Made by a program: the position numbers and the translations under genes. DNA of 43,001 nucleotides, from NCBI GenBank assembly GCA_045543215.1, contig JAZQMD010000149.1, positions 1 to 43,001 on the forward strand. The letters run 5' to 3'. Below, one piece after another: positions 26,605 through 36,391 of the stretch. Numbering within the stretch: the first letter of the stretch is position 1; each line of letters opens with the position of its first letter. This DNA is from Oscillospiraceae bacterium (lineage in GTDB: Bacteria > Bacillota > Clostridia > Oscillospirales > Oscillospiraceae). The notes beneath the pieces were generated by a model. It saw nothing but the letters and a program-made list of their open reading frames with translations, was not told the origin of the DNA and searched no databases.

Positions 26605-26640
26605 AGGCTTAGATTTGAAAGAGAAGGCAGGGTGGTAGCC

Positions 26641-27849
26641 GTGGAAAAGATTAAGATGAGCACCCCTCTTGTGGAGCTGGATGGGGATGAAATGACCCGC
26701 ATTCTTTGGCAGGACGTAAAGGATATTCTTCTCACCCCTTATATCGATTTAAAGACCGAATATTACGACCTGGGCTTGCCTGAGCGGGAGCGCACTGGCG
26801 ACCAGGTTACTGTGGAAGCTGCACAGGCCATCAAAAAGTATGGAGTGGGGGTTAAATGTGCCACCATTACCCCAAATGCCCAACGGGTTGAAGAATATAA
26901 GCTGACTCAGATGTGGAAGTCCCCTAACGGCACCATCCGGGCTATCCTGGATGGCACTGTGTTTCGCACTCCCATTATGGTGAAGGGGATCAGTCCCGTG
27001 GTGAAAAACTGGCAGCGGCCTATTGCCATTGCCCGCCACGCCTTTGGGGATGTATATAAGGCCAGTGAATATCGAGTCCCTGGTCCCGGCAAGGCGGAGT
27101 TGGTGGTCACTGGCGGGGACGGAAAAGAATACAGACAGATGATACACGATTTCAAAGAACCTGGCGTACTTCAGGGGCAGTTTAATCTGGATGGATCGAT
27201 TTCTTCCTTTGCCCGTTCCTGTTTCCAGTATGCGGTGAATACCAGGCAGGATTTGTGGTTTTCTACAAAGGATACCATTTCCAAGCAGTACGATCATACC
27301 TTTAAGGATATTTTTGCGGAGATTTTCGTCCAAGAGTATGAAGCCAAGTTTAAAGAGCTGGGGCTTTCCTATTTTTATACCCTGATCGATGACGCGGTGG
27401 CCCGTGTCATCCGATCCAAGGGGGGCTTTATCTGGGCCTGCAAGAATTATGACGGGGACGTAATGAGTGATATGGTTTCTACTGCCTTTGGCTCCCTGGC
27501 TATGATGACCTCTGTGCTGGTTTCTCCCGACGGTAAGTATGAGTACGAAGCCGCCCACGGAACTGTGACCCAGCACTATTACCGCCATTTGAGAGGGGAA
27601 GAGGTCTCCACCAATCCCATGGCCACTCTATTTGCCTGGACAGGGGCCTTGGCCAAGCGGGGAGAGCTGGATAGCATTCCCCAGCTGACTGCCTTTGCCC
27701 AAAAGGTGGAAAAGGCGGCTGTTTCTACGATTGAGGGGGGAACCATGACGGGGGACCTGGCCGGACTGTGGGAGGGTGCTAAGCCCGCTTGTAAGGTAAC
27801 TGGCCGGGAGTTTCTTCAGGCCATCCGCGCCACGATGGAGGCCATGTGA
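26641..27849 (+). CDS. icd: NADP-dependent isocitrate dehydrogenase (eukaryote-like, ~400-aa subfamily)
   Basis: [40 protein letters not shown] blocks. The start is taken at GTG 26641, giving (M)[14 protein letters not shown] as in homologues. ATG 26656 is an alternative. The track start at 26458 lies upstream of the predicted promoter. Confidence 0.9.
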   Translation: MEKIKMSTPLVELDGDEMTRILWQDVKDILLTPYIDLKTEYYDLGLPERERTGDQVTVEAAQAIKKYGVGVKCATITPNAQRVEEYKLTQMWKSPNGTIRAILDGTVFRTPIMVKGISPVVKNWQRPIAIARHAFGDVYKASEYRVPGPGKAELVVTGGDGKEYRQMIHDFKEPGVLQGQFNLDGSISSFARSCFQYAVNTRQDLWFSTKDTISKQYDHTFKDIFAEIFVQEYEAKFKELGLSYFYTLIDDAVARVIRSKGGFIWACKNYDGDVMSDMVSTAFGSLAMMTSVLVSPDGKYEYEAAHGTVTQHYYRHLRGEEVSTNPMATLFAWTGALAKRGELDSIPQLTAFAQKVEKAAVSTIEGGTMTGDLAGLWEGAKPACKVTGREFLQAIRATMEAM

Positions 27850-27872
27850 TTCATCCAAAAAAGGAGAACACT

Positions 27873-28973
27873 ATGAATAAAACAATGCGCAAACTGGCTG
27901 CTGTTGGGGTGGCTGTGGCCACCGCCGCCGCCCTTATGACACCAGCTTTGGGGACTGGATTAACCTCCGTTACGCTGGAGGTCCACAAGGGGATCAATCT
28001 GTATGTCAATTCTTCTCCCTATTTGTCCACCGATGTAAACGGTCAGGAAACAAATCCCTTTCTTTATAACGGAACCACCTATGTACCTTTGCGGGCTATC
28101 TCCGACATGTTGGGGACAAATCTGGAGTGGGACGATGTAAGAAAGCGGGTGAATATTGCCTCTTTATTTGATGCCCAGCCGATGAATAACACGGAAGGCC
28201 GGGCGGATACCGTGCTAACTGAAGCGGAGATCAGTGCGGTGCAGGGGGTGGAAATTTATGTGGATGGGGAACGATTTATTCCGCGGGATGCGGAGGGGGC
28301 GGAGGTAGCAGTTTACTTGGTAGATGGCACTACCTATGTGCCGATACGTGCGCTGTCCTCCCTGTTTCAGGTGGATATCTCTTATGACCGGGATAGCGCC
28401 CGGGTATATATTGGCATCCAACCTGGCTGGGGAGAGGAGACGGAGGGACAAACCCAGCTTTATCCTAATTTGAGTGGGGAAAGAAACGTTCAGCTTCAGC
28501 GGTATCGAGAGTATATCAAGCTTATGCAGCCGGTAGTGGAATTGATGTGGTCTAAGCAAACTGCTTACAAAGAACTAAAGCAGCTGGCAAATAGCTATGT
28601 AAATGCAGTGATGGCACTGATCGGGGAGGCCCAAGAGTCTGGAAATTCTGCTCTGGCAGGTAAGCTGGAGGCCCATTGGCAGACGTTGGATGGCTTATGC
28701 AAGCAGATAAACGGCATGGTTAGTAATATTGATTTAGCAGCTACCCGTTTTGCCGAAGCCTCGTCCTATATCCAGAGGGTCCCCTTTGATGTGAAGGAAT
28801 CCGAACTCAGTGAATTTACTCTATTTGAGAAATGTGGGCAGATTCTGGACAGGTTCTTTAAGGAACGGGAGAAAATAGTGGAGATATCCAGCGGGGAATC
28901 TATCTCCAGACTCCAACTGGGTGTTGAGGAAGCTTATAAAGCTGCTCTGGCGTTGGGGAGGGGGCCTTCCTGA
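27873..28973 (+). CDS. Secreted protein with two copper-amine-oxidase-N-terminal-like (stalk) repeats and a helical C-terminal region
   Basis: Start at MNKTMRKLAAVGVAVATAAALMTPALG (signal peptide) with AAGGAG SD. The NGTTYVPLRAISDMLGTNLEWD and DGTTYVPIRALSSLFQVDISYD repeats are typical of Cu_amine_oxidN1-like domains. Confidence 0.75.
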   Translation: MNKTMRKLAAVGVAVATAAALMTPALGTGLTSVTLEVHKGINLYVNSSPYLSTDVNGQETNPFLYNGTTYVPLRAISDMLGTNLEWDDVRKRVNIASLFDAQPMNNTEGRADTVLTEAEISAVQGVEIYVDGERFIPRDAEGAEVAVYLVDGTTYVPIRALSSLFQVDISYDRDSARVYIGIQPGWGEETEGQTQLYPNLSGERNVQLQRYREYIKLMQPVVELMWSKQTAYKELKQLANSYVNAVMALIGEAQESGNSALAGKLEAHWQTLDGLCKQINGMVSNIDLAATRFAEASSYIQRVPFDVKESELSEFTLFEKCGQILDRFFKEREKIVEISSGESISRLQLGVEEAYKAALALGRGPS

Positions 28974-29048
28974 AGCGGGAGTTGTATATGTAATAGGATA
29001 AGGGATTCAGGGCATACTGTATATACCAAAATTTTGGAGGTATACATT

Positions 29049-29678
29049 ATGTCGACTGAATTTCACAATTACACCAAAGGAAATGTTGATTTCATGCAGA
29101 GTAAGACGCGAGAAAACTTGATGCGAGCCTTTGCCGGGGAAAGCCAGGCCCGAAACCGCTATGCTTTTGCGGCTGCTTTCGCCCGTAAGGAGGGGATGGC
29201 GGTAGTGTCCAAGGTATTTGAGTTTACTGCTGACCAGGAGAAAGCCCACGCCAAGGTTTTTTACGATCTGCTCAAGGAATGCTCCGGGCAGAATATTAGT
29301 ATTGACGGAACCTACCCCGTGGATATTTTCGACAGTACCCTGGGTTATCTACGGGCTGCTCAGCACAATGAGTATCAGGAGTGGCAGGATGATTATGCGG
29401 CCTTTTCAAAAGTAGCATATGAGGAGGGCTTTCAGGTCATTGGAAAGCAGTTTGAAATGATTGCCGGCGTAGAGAAGATTCATGGGGATCGATTTGGCCG
29501 ATTCGCTGACCTGTTGGAGGAGGGAGAGTTGTTTTCCCACTCCGATGAGACAGCCTGGATGTGCCTCAACTGCGGACAGATCGTCCATGCTTCTGCTGCG
29601 CCCGGGGAGTGTCCTCTCTGCCGCCATGGGCAGGGATGGTATGTTCGATTGGATATGGCTCCCTATGTCTGTAAATAA
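29049..29678 (+). CDS. rbr: Rubrerythrin
   Basis: ENLMRAFAGESQARNRY ferritin-like di-iron domain and a C-terminal rubredoxin-like CLNCG...CPLC. The start is taken at MSTEF with GGAGG upstream. Confidence 0.93.
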   Translation: MSTEFHNYTKGNVDFMQSKTRENLMRAFAGESQARNRYAFAAAFARKEGMAVVSKVFEFTADQEKAHAKVFYDLLKECSGQNISIDGTYPVDIFDSTLGYLRAAQHNEYQEWQDDYAAFSKVAYEEGFQVIGKQFEMIAGVEKIHGDRFGRFADLLEEGELFSHSDETAWMCLNCGQIVHASAAPGECPLCRHGQGWYVRLDMAPYVCK

Positions 29679-29716
29679 AAAAGGCCCTTCCGGAAGATTT
29701 TTCGGAAGGGCCTTTA
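29679..29716 (+). terminator. Terminator hairpin after rubrerythrin
   Basis: AAAGGCCCTTCCG-gaagattttt-CGGAAGGGCCTTT, a 13-bp stem with a weak T-tract. Confidence 0.6.
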
Positions 29717-29824
29717 CATGTTTCAAGTGAAGCTAGCTGGCTACATATTATTATTTGGTGAAATAAAGCAATGCTACTTTAAGTTGCGTAAATGTAAAAT
29801 AAAAAACGGTAATACGTACATCTA

Positions 29825-29857
29825 TTGCCAGAGTGTGGTATTTTTGATATCATACCA
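29825..29857 (+). promoter_or_regulatory. Promoter of the MBL-fold gene with an overlapping inverted repeat
   Basis: -35 TTGCCA (29825-29830), 17-nt spacer, -10 TATCAT (29848-29853). The inverted repeat TGGTAT (29836-29841) / ATACCA (29852-29857) spans the -10. Confidence 0.45.
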
Positions 29858-29929
29858 TGCATAGATAGGCCCTTGAGAGGGCAGATGCTTTTGTTTGGTA
29901 TGAGCGCACCCGGCGTATGGAGGTTAGTT

Positions 29930-30640
29930 ATGAAGATCACCTATATCGGACACAGCGGATTTTTAGTAGAGCTGGAGCATACCCTCCTGCTCTTTGATTA
30001 CAGCGAGGGAGAGGTTCCTCCCCTGAATCTTGAAAAAGACTTATATGTATTTTCCAGTCATGCCCACTCGGACCATTTTAAATTTGAAAGCTTTAAACTG
30101 GGTCATCCAAACTCCCATTATGTGTGTTCGCAGGATATCCGAAAGGCTAGAGATGCTGGTAACTTTGCCAGTCATGGAGTGCCAGGATCGGTATTTGAGA
30201 AGATCCTGTTCCTCTGTCCTCATGAGAAGGTCTGCTTGGACGAGATTGTGGTGGAGACATTGGACTCTACCGATGAGGGGGTTGCGTTTCTGGTGGAGGC
30301 GGAAGGAAAGTCTATCCTTCATATGGGTGATTTGCACTGGTGGGTGTGGGCTGGTGAGCCGGAGGAGGACAACTGCCGCATTGAGGAAAAGTGGAACCGT
30401 GAGCTCAGCGGCTTGAGCGGACGGCATGTTGATATTCTCTTTGCGGTTCTTGATCCCAGGCAGGAGGGGGATTTTTGGAAGGGGCTGGATCAGTTGGCCA
30501 GAACGGTGGATGCGGATGCCATTTATCCCATGCACATGTGGGGGCGACCAGAGCTGGTGGATCATCTGCGGGAACTACCCTGCTCCCAGCCATATCGGGA
30601 TAAACTTCCTTCAGTAAATTTTTATCGAAAAAAGGCTTGA
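29930..30640 (+). CDS. MBL-fold metallo-hydrolase
   Basis: MKITYIGHSGFLVE start with GGAGG SD. SHAHSDHF metal-binding motif. The track ORF begins 105 nt upstream, within the promoter region. Confidence 0.8.
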   Translation: MKITYIGHSGFLVELEHTLLLFDYSEGEVPPLNLEKDLYVFSSHAHSDHFKFESFKLGHPNSHYVCSQDIRKARDAGNFASHGVPGSVFEKILFLCPHEKVCLDEIVVETLDSTDEGVAFLVEAEGKSILHMGDLHWWVWAGEPEEDNCRIEEKWNRELSGLSGRHVDILFAVLDPRQEGDFWKGLDQLARTVDADAIYPMHMWGRPELVDHLRELPCSQPYRDKLPSVNFYRKKA

Positions 30641-30680
30641 AACAGGCTCTGGGAAACTACTGTTTCCCGGAGCCTGTTTG
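30640..30680. terminator. Bidirectional terminator (MBL gene / SLH gene of cassette 2)
   Basis: AACAGGCTC-tGGGAAAC-tac-tGTTTCCCg-GAGCCTGTT extended stem, with T-rich flanks on both strands. Confidence 0.7.
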
Positions 30681-30701
30681 CGTTGTTGGCATATATATCC
30701 T

Positions 30702-32537
30702 TTAAGTGGGTTTAGCCACGATTACCCGGATGCAGCCTCCCTGGGCTATGGGCTTATCATAGTATCCGGTGAGGGAATAGTCCCCGGTCACATATCCCAG
30801 TGAGGCAAAGAACCAGTCGCCGTCATAGATAAATACCTGTACCTCATCAGACAGCCTCCAGGCGGCGCCGCTTTTATCGTAGCCAATGCCTGCTGACAGG
30901 GAGGTAAAGGGAACCTTTCCAGTAAGGGATGCCAAAGAGCCGTCGGTGCGTAGAGCAAAGGGGCCAGGCTGAACGTAATAGAGTAGGTTCAATAAGTGGG
31001 CCTGGGACTGCCCACCAATGTTATAGGTATAGCGGGCAGAGACGCTAAGGGGGGAAGACAGATCTTGAATGGCGGTGAGGATACCATACTGATCTAGGTC
31101 CCCGGTCACATCGTTTAGGATTAAATGACTGATGCGACCAGCGGAGTCTGTGGCATAAAAGCGTACCATGTTGTCGGTAAGGTGGACCCCAGCCAGACGA
31201 GCAGGATAGACCCGCAGGGTTTCCGTGGGGCTGCGAACGTCTAAGATCTGGACCTCTCCAGCCAGCTCATAGTTGCCGATGGTCTGGGCCTGGTCGTCCA
31301 CCCTTCCGGAAATGGAAGCGGAAGAGACGTTGGTCAGTCTGACAGATCCGTCATCTGTGATTTTCACTTGCATCAGGCTGCCCAGGGTGGGAAGATAGTC
31401 CTGGGTTGGATAGGTATAGGAAAGGCCATCCGTGGCGGTGAGGGTAACCGTTTTGGAGGTATAGCTCTCTCCATCGGCATTGGAGAATGAGCCTGTTCCG
31501 GTAGCGGAAACTACACCGTAAAGTACACCGGCAGAGTCCAAGGGGGAGAGGACGGCGGCTACGCCTCCATCCTTACCCAGCAGCAGGGTAATCTGATCTC
31601 CAATCCTGTAGGTTCCAAAGCTGGAAAGGGCATGGGAGGCAGAGGCAGTCTCAATCGCGTAGGTTTTGCCAGCAACGGTTACGGAAGTGGGGCTGGAAGG
31701 AGAGGGGGAGGCGTTTTGATAGATACCGGTAATCTTCCTGGTATAGGCCCAAACAGTACTCATTGATTTGGAATAATAAATTACATCGTTTTCCTCAATC
31801 GCGGACAGAGAGGAGAGGAAACCGCTGCGGTAGACTGTCCTGGGGGTAAAATCCAACTGGGGGGCCAAATCCTGTCTGGCTACAATAGGCCCCTCCATAG
31901 CAGAGTGGATCAGATCGTTTACGTCAATCTCACCCGAGAGGGTAAGTGTGTGGCCTAAGGTGGTGAGATAAATGGACCCATCCTTGGCGGGGGTGGTAAG
32001 CATGTTATAGAATAAATACATGGAATCCCGGCGGGTGAGGGGTGTAGAGCTGTCGGTGGAGGCTACCCCTTTATCCAGACCCAGGGCACGGTATTTGGCC
32101 ATCCTGCCGGTTACACCATTAAAGTCGCTGTTTGGATAGCCTAGCAGTCGCAGGACAATGGTCACTCCCTCCAACAGGGTAATTTGGTTGCTGGGGCGGA
32201 AAGTACCGTCTAAATAACCGGTAATCAGCCCGGTGGAGACGGCTTTTTCCACATAAGGGGCAGCCCAGTGAGTATGGGGTACATCGGGATAAGGGGAGAC
32301 AGCGGTTTGCCCCCCTATGGAGGTTCCATAGGGAGAGGCGGCCACCGCCATTTTGACAAACTGGGCTCGATTGACGTGGCTGTCCAAGCTCAGGTTTCCT
32401 TTTTCGTCCCCCACCATGATGTCTAAGGCAGCCATGGTGGTGATGATCGGGGATAAATCAGCGTTGATGGCAGAAACCGAAAGGATGGGGGTGAGCAAGA
32501 GGGAGGAGAGGAGCAATGCGGTCAGTCTTCGCTTCAT
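30702..32537 (-). CDS. Secreted SLH-domain cell-wall-anchored protein, paralogue of 19128-21440 (cassette 2)
   Basis: 611 aa. Signal peptide MKRRLTALLLSSLLLTPILSVSA. SLH repeats (VNRAQFVKMAVAAS; YPDVPHTHWAAPYVEKAVSTGLITGYLDGTFRPSNQITLLEGVTIVLRLLG; LTRRDSMYLFYNML). The C-terminal region shares motifs with the cassette-1 protein. AGGAGG SD lies 9 nt upstream, and the gap after the permease stop is 26 nt. Confidence 0.85.
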   Translation of the reverse strand: MKRRLTALLLSSLLLTPILSVSAINADLSPIITTMAALDIMVGDEKGNLSLDSHVNRAQFVKMAVAASPYGTSIGGQTAVSPYPDVPHTHWAAPYVEKAVSTGLITGYLDGTFRPSNQITLLEGVTIVLRLLGYPNSDFNGVTGRMAKYRALGLDKGVASTDSSTPLTRRDSMYLFYNMLTTPAKDGSIYLTTLGHTLTLSGEIDVNDLIHSAMEGPIVARQDLAPQLDFTPRTVYRSGFLSSLSAIEENDVIYYSKSMSTVWAYTRKITGIYQNASPSPSSPTSVTVAGKTYAIETASASHALSSFGTYRIGDQITLLLGKDGGVAAVLSPLDSAGVLYGVVSATGTGSFSNADGESYTSKTVTLTATDGLSYTYPTQDYLPTLGSLMQVKITDDGSVRLTNVSSASISGRVDDQAQTIGNYELAGEVQILDVRSPTETLRVYPARLAGVHLTDNMVRFYATDSAGRISHLILNDVTGDLDQYGILTAIQDLSSPLSVSARYTYNIGGQSQAHLLNLLYYVQPGPFALRTDGSLASLTGKVPFTSLSAGIGYDKSGAAWRLSDEVQVFIYDGDWFFASLGYVTGDYSLTGYYDKPIAQGGCIRVIVAKPT

Positions 32538-32563
32538 GGTAGAGGCCTCCTAGAGAGTTTGAA

Positions 32564-33754
32564 TCAATCATAACGTAAAGCATCAATGGGATTGAGGGCA
32601 GCAGCCTTATTGGCGGGCAGGTAGCCGAACAAAATACCCACTCCGGCAGATACACCGAAGGAGACGCAGATAGCCATCACCGAAGGGACTGCGGCCACCC
32701 CTACCATGGAGCCTGCCAAACCGGCCAGAGCAATTCCAAGAAGGATGCCAATGATTCCGCCCACAGCGGAGGTAGTCGCCGCCTCGATGATGAACTGGCT
32801 GCGAATGTCCCGGCGCTTGGCCCCCAGGGATTTGCGAATACCAATCTCCCGGGTGCGCTCGGTAACCGAGACCAGCATGATATTCATAATGCCAATTCCA
32901 CCGACCAAGAGGGAAATGGCTGCGATGGCTACCAGTACGGTCATGACCGTGTCGGTGATGGTACCCATGAGGCTCATCATCTCGCTCATAGAGATAACCA
33001 TGTAGTTGTTATTGTCATCCCCTTCCTCCAGGCTGTAGAGTCGGTCCATAGCGGTCTCAATGACCGCCTTGGCCTGGGTGGACACTTCATCACCGGCGGC
33101 GGAAAAGTTATACTGGGTGACTGCGGTGCTGCCGTTAATCCGACCAGCATTGGTGTAGGGAATGTAAATGGTGTTGTCATCGCCGTAGGAAGTGTTGTCG
33201 GCACTTTCGGTAAGCACCCCGATGACCTGGTAAGTTACGCCGTTGATGTGGAGGGACTGACCGTAACCTGCGCCGTTAAAATGCTCTTCGTCTATATAGG
33301 AGCCAATGACGCACACATTCTGCATCCTTGCTACATCAATGTATTGAAGGAAACGGCCCTGGGACACCTCGAGGGATTTAATGGCAATATAGTCCTCTCC
33401 CACGCCGGTGACGGTGGAGGTAAAAACCTCATCTTTAGTCTTGAGGCGTGGCTCATTGAGAGAGACTACCGGGGAGACGGCCCGTAAGTATTGGGGATAT
33501 TCTTCAGCTAACTCGTACATATCCTCTGGTTTGCTCTGGACTGTTCCGCCACGTCCTATGTCATAGACTTGAAGGAGATTGGAACCCATTTTATCAAACT
33601 CCTCGTTAATCAGGGCATTCATACCGTCTCCCAAGGAGATGATGATAATGACGGCAGCCACACCGATGATGATACCCAACATGGTAAGCAAGGCACGCAT
33701 CTTGCTGGTGGACAGGGCCTTAAGAGCCAGGCGAAAGGACTGGGTAAAATTCAT
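32564..33754 (-). CDS. MacB-type ABC transporter permease (cassette 2)
   Basis: 396 aa. Same architecture as 21454-22704. ERTREIGIRKSLGA and GYLPANKAAALNPIDALRYD. 4-nt overlap with the ATPase gene. Confidence 0.9.
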   Translation of the reverse strand: MNFTQSFRLALKALSTSKMRALLTMLGIIIGVAAVIIIISLGDGMNALINEEFDKMGSNLLQVYDIGRGGTVQSKPEDMYELAEEYPQYLRAVSPVVSLNEPRLKTKDEVFTSTVTGVGEDYIAIKSLEVSQGRFLQYIDVARMQNVCVIGSYIDEEHFNGAGYGQSLHINGVTYQVIGVLTESADNTSYGDDNTIYIPYTNAGRINGSTAVTQYNFSAAGDEVSTQAKAVIETAMDRLYSLEEGDDNNNYMVISMSEMMSLMGTITDTVMTVLVAIAAISLLVGGIGIMNIMLVSVTERTREIGIRKSLGAKRRDIRSQFIIEAATTSAVGGIIGILLGIALAGLAGSMVGVAAVPSVMAICVSFGVSAGVGILFGYLPANKAAALNPIDALRYD

Positions 33755-34482
33755 AAGCCGCCCCCCTCATCGGCGGAGACTACCGCCCTTGGATCGTGGG
33801 CGGGGCCGTCGTAGATGATTCTGCCGTCCTGAAGGCGGATAATGCGGTGGGCTTTGATGGCAATAGCGTTGTCATGGGTAATAAGGACAATGGTATTGCC
33901 TGCATCATTGAGCTTTTGAAGAAAATCGATAACTTCCCGGCCGGTGCGGGAGTCCAGCGCGCCGGTGGGCTCATCGGCCAAGATAACTGAAGGCTCCCCA
34001 GCCAGGGCCCGGGCGATGGACACCCGCTGCTGTTGGCCCCCGGAAAGCTGGGAGGGACGGTTTTTCATTTTATCGGACAGTCCCACCAGGGCCAAAGCCT
34101 GGGAGGAGCGTTGGTGGCGCTCGGCAGCGGAGAAACCGGCATAGAGTAGGGGAAGTTCCACATTTTCCTGTACATTAAGTGTGGGAATAAGATTATACTG
34201 CTGGAAAATGAAGCCCAGCATCCTGTTACGAATCTCAGCCTGCTGGTCATCATCCATGCCGGACACATCCTGTCCGTCAAGATAGTAGCTGCCTGAGGTA
34301 GGTACATCCAGGCAACCGATGATGTTCATGGCAGTAGACTTGCCTGAGCCGGACTGGCCCACAATGGCTACAAACTCTCCCCTGTTGATACTCAGGGAGA
34401 TTCCATCCAGGGCATGGATATGGTCATCCCCCATCTGATAGATCTTGTAAAGGTTCCGGAACTCGATGAGATGCCCATTCAT
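33751..34482 (-). CDS. MacB/LolD-type ABC transporter ATP-binding protein (cassette 2)
   Basis: Walker [10 protein letters not shown], signature [13 protein letters not shown], Walker [13 protein letters not shown]-loop ITHD. Confidence 0.95.
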   Translation of the reverse strand: MNGHLIEFRNLYKIYQMGDDHIHALDGISLSINRGEFVAIVGQSGSGKSTAMNIIGCLDVPTSGSYYLDGQDVSGMDDDQQAEIRNRMLGFIFQQYNLIPTLNVQENVELPLLYAGFSAAERHQRSSQALALVGLSDKMKNRPSQLSGGQQQRVSIARALAGEPSVILADEPTGALDSRTGREVIDFLQKLNDAGNTIVLITHDNAIAIKAHRIIRLQDGRIIYDGPAHDPRAVVSADEGGGL

Positions 34483-36119
34483 GGTATGTCACCCATGTTT
34501 CCGGGACTGGCGGTCATAGCCATGCCCATCAGTTCATAGATAGAACTGGCCGTGTTGACAATAGCCACCGTATCGCCCTCATCCAGGCCGGAGCGCACTT
34601 CAATGTAGTCCTCGTCGTTGCGGCCCAGTTCCACCGTGGTTTCAACCAGCCGGTCAGGAAGGAGATTGCCTTGATCGTCAAAAGCATCCACCCCAGCCAG
34701 CAGGACGGTGTTCCCACGCTGCACCGCACCTACAGGAATTCGCAATACATTCTCAGCCCGCTCCACCAGGATATGGGCGGAAACATTCATGCCGGGAAGA
34801 AGATCCTCACCATTGTCGATGACCACGGTGACAGGATAGTTGGTTACCCCTCCCATGGTGGTGCCGTTGATGTTAATGGTTTCCACCCAGCCGTGAAAGG
34901 TCTGCCCCTCGGCTGCGTCGGCAGTAATTTCCACCTTCTGGCCGGGTCTCACCTGGGAAATATATAGTTCATCTACATTCATGTCAAAGGTGAGGGTGGA
35001 CATATCGAAAATGACTGCCAAATAACCTGCCCCAGCTTCCAGATTGTCTCCCGCCTGAAAGTTTTTTTCAATGACCGTGCCGGAAATGGGAGAGGTAATG
35101 GTATAGTCCTCCAGTCGATCCTGGGCATTTTTCAGGGCAAGTTGGGCAGTTTCCAGGGAGATACGGGCGCTCTCCACCTGGGTAGAGATGCTATCATTGT
35201 TATAAGAGCCCAAGGTCTGGTTCTTGGAAACCCAGTCACCTTCGGATACATACAGCTCAGACAGGGTGCCGTTGTTGCGGGCATGGACAGTGGATTGGGC
35301 AGAGTAGGAGAAGGTTCCTACAGCCGAACAGCTGGCCTCTCCCACCGTAGCTGTACCTGTCATGCCCTCGGTAAGAGCACCCGGATTAGCCACCTGAATC
35401 GTTACTTTGCGAGTAAGGGCACCTCCGGCTCCCACTTCATTGATGGGAGAAATTTGGGTGATTGTACCTGTCAAAGGCTCCAAGGCATCCCCGGCCAAGA
35501 CCACGGCGGACTGGCCGATCTGAAAGCCTTGAGCTTGGGAGCTGTGGAAGGGCAGTTCCAGGGTCATGGTGTTCCGGTCCAGGATGTCAATTATGGGGGA
35601 GCCGGAGGTCACATAGTCCCCTTCATCCACATAGAGTTTGGTAATTATCCCGGTGTCGGTGGATTTTAGAGCGCTGTCTCCCTGCGTGGCGATGAGAGAG
35701 TCGTAACTAAGCTGGGCCTGCTCTACAGACAGACGGGCCTGGGCGATGGAGTTCTCCAGATCGGAGGAATCGATCTGGTAGAGCACATCCCCTTTCTGTA
35801 CCGTGTCTCCGACCTGAAAAGGGGCATCCAGAATCTCCCCGGTGACCAAAGCAGTCACTCGGTAGGAGTTGTTTGGTTCCACCACAGCTGAGCCGGAGAC
35901 TTGGACAGTGATCTCTCCTATATCGGCTGTAGCGGGGATGTAAAGAGAGGAGGCCAGTTGCTTGCCTGCAGAGCTGATAGAATGCAGGAGCAAAGCCCCG
36001 GCCAGACCAATGATAATCAGGATGATGGCAAGACGGATAGGCCATTTGTGTTTCTTCTTCGGGACGGGGAGATTAGGGGCTGGAGCTCCCGTAGCTCCTT
36101 GTGTGGTGACGCTTTGCAT
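34479..36119 (-). CDS. HlyD/membrane-fusion-protein family periplasmic adaptor, unusually long (cassette 2)
   Basis: 546 aa. Basic N-terminus plus TM anchor (IRLAIILIIIGLAGALLLHSI). GDTVQKGDVLYQID lipoyl-like motif. Coiled-coil segments (IAQARLSVEQAQLSYDSL; ARISLETAQLALKNAQDRL). AAGGAG SD upstream. 4-nt overlap with the ATPase gene. Confidence 0.85.
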   Translation of the reverse strand: MQSVTTQGATGAPAPNLPVPKKKHKWPIRLAIILIIIGLAGALLLHSISSAGKQLASSLYIPATADIGEITVQVSGSAVVEPNNSYRVTALVTGEILDAPFQVGDTVQKGDVLYQIDSSDLENSIAQARLSVEQAQLSYDSLIATQGDSALKSTDTGIITKLYVDEGDYVTSGSPIIDILDRNTMTLELPFHSSQAQGFQIGQSAVVLAGDALEPLTGTITQISPINEVGAGGALTRKVTIQVANPGALTEGMTGTATVGEASCSAVGTFSYSAQSTVHARNNGTLSELYVSEGDWVSKNQTLGSYNNDSISTQVESARISLETAQLALKNAQDRLEDYTITSPISGTVIEKNFQAGDNLEAGAGYLAVIFDMSTLTFDMNVDELYISQVRPGQKVEITADAAEGQTFHGWVETININGTTMGGVTNYPVTVVIDNGEDLLPGMNVSAHILVERAENVLRIPVGAVQRGNTVLLAGVDAFDDQGNLLPDRLVETTVELGRNDEDYIEVRSGLDEGDTVAIVNTASSIYELMGMAMTASPGNMGDIP

Positions 36120-36285
36120 ACGGATGCTCCTTGCTAAATAGTTTGGAGAGGTAATCAGTTCAAATCATTAATATGCTTATTAAAAATAATCTCCCTCTTA
36201 AATAAAGTCAAGGACGGCATTATATTGTTTACGGAAACTTTAAACTTTTTCCAAAAGGCGGTATAAAGATAGTCCCTTGGTGCCC

Positions 36286-36315
36286 TTGACGGCAGAAAGT
36301 TCCTTATGGTATAAA
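36286..36315 (+). promoter_or_regulatory. fhs promoter
   Basis: -35 TTGACG (36286-36291), 18-nt spacer, TGg-extended -10 TATAAA (36310-36315). Confidence 0.55.
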
Positions 36316-36391
36316 ATACTATCACATGAATGGGATATGGGGCCTGCGTAAAGGTGGGCCTTGTACCGGGATAAGAAAGGGAGTTACTGCC

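Noticed and set aside
26458-26640. Upstream extension of icd (track start at 26458)
   Set aside because: The extension covers the divergent promoters and the asnA leader. IDH homology begins at (M)[14 protein letters not shown].
26408-26640. Asn T-box upstream of asnA
   Set aside because: There is no T-box consensus (GGGTGGTACCGCG-like) sequence, and the leader is too short for stem I plus an antiterminator.
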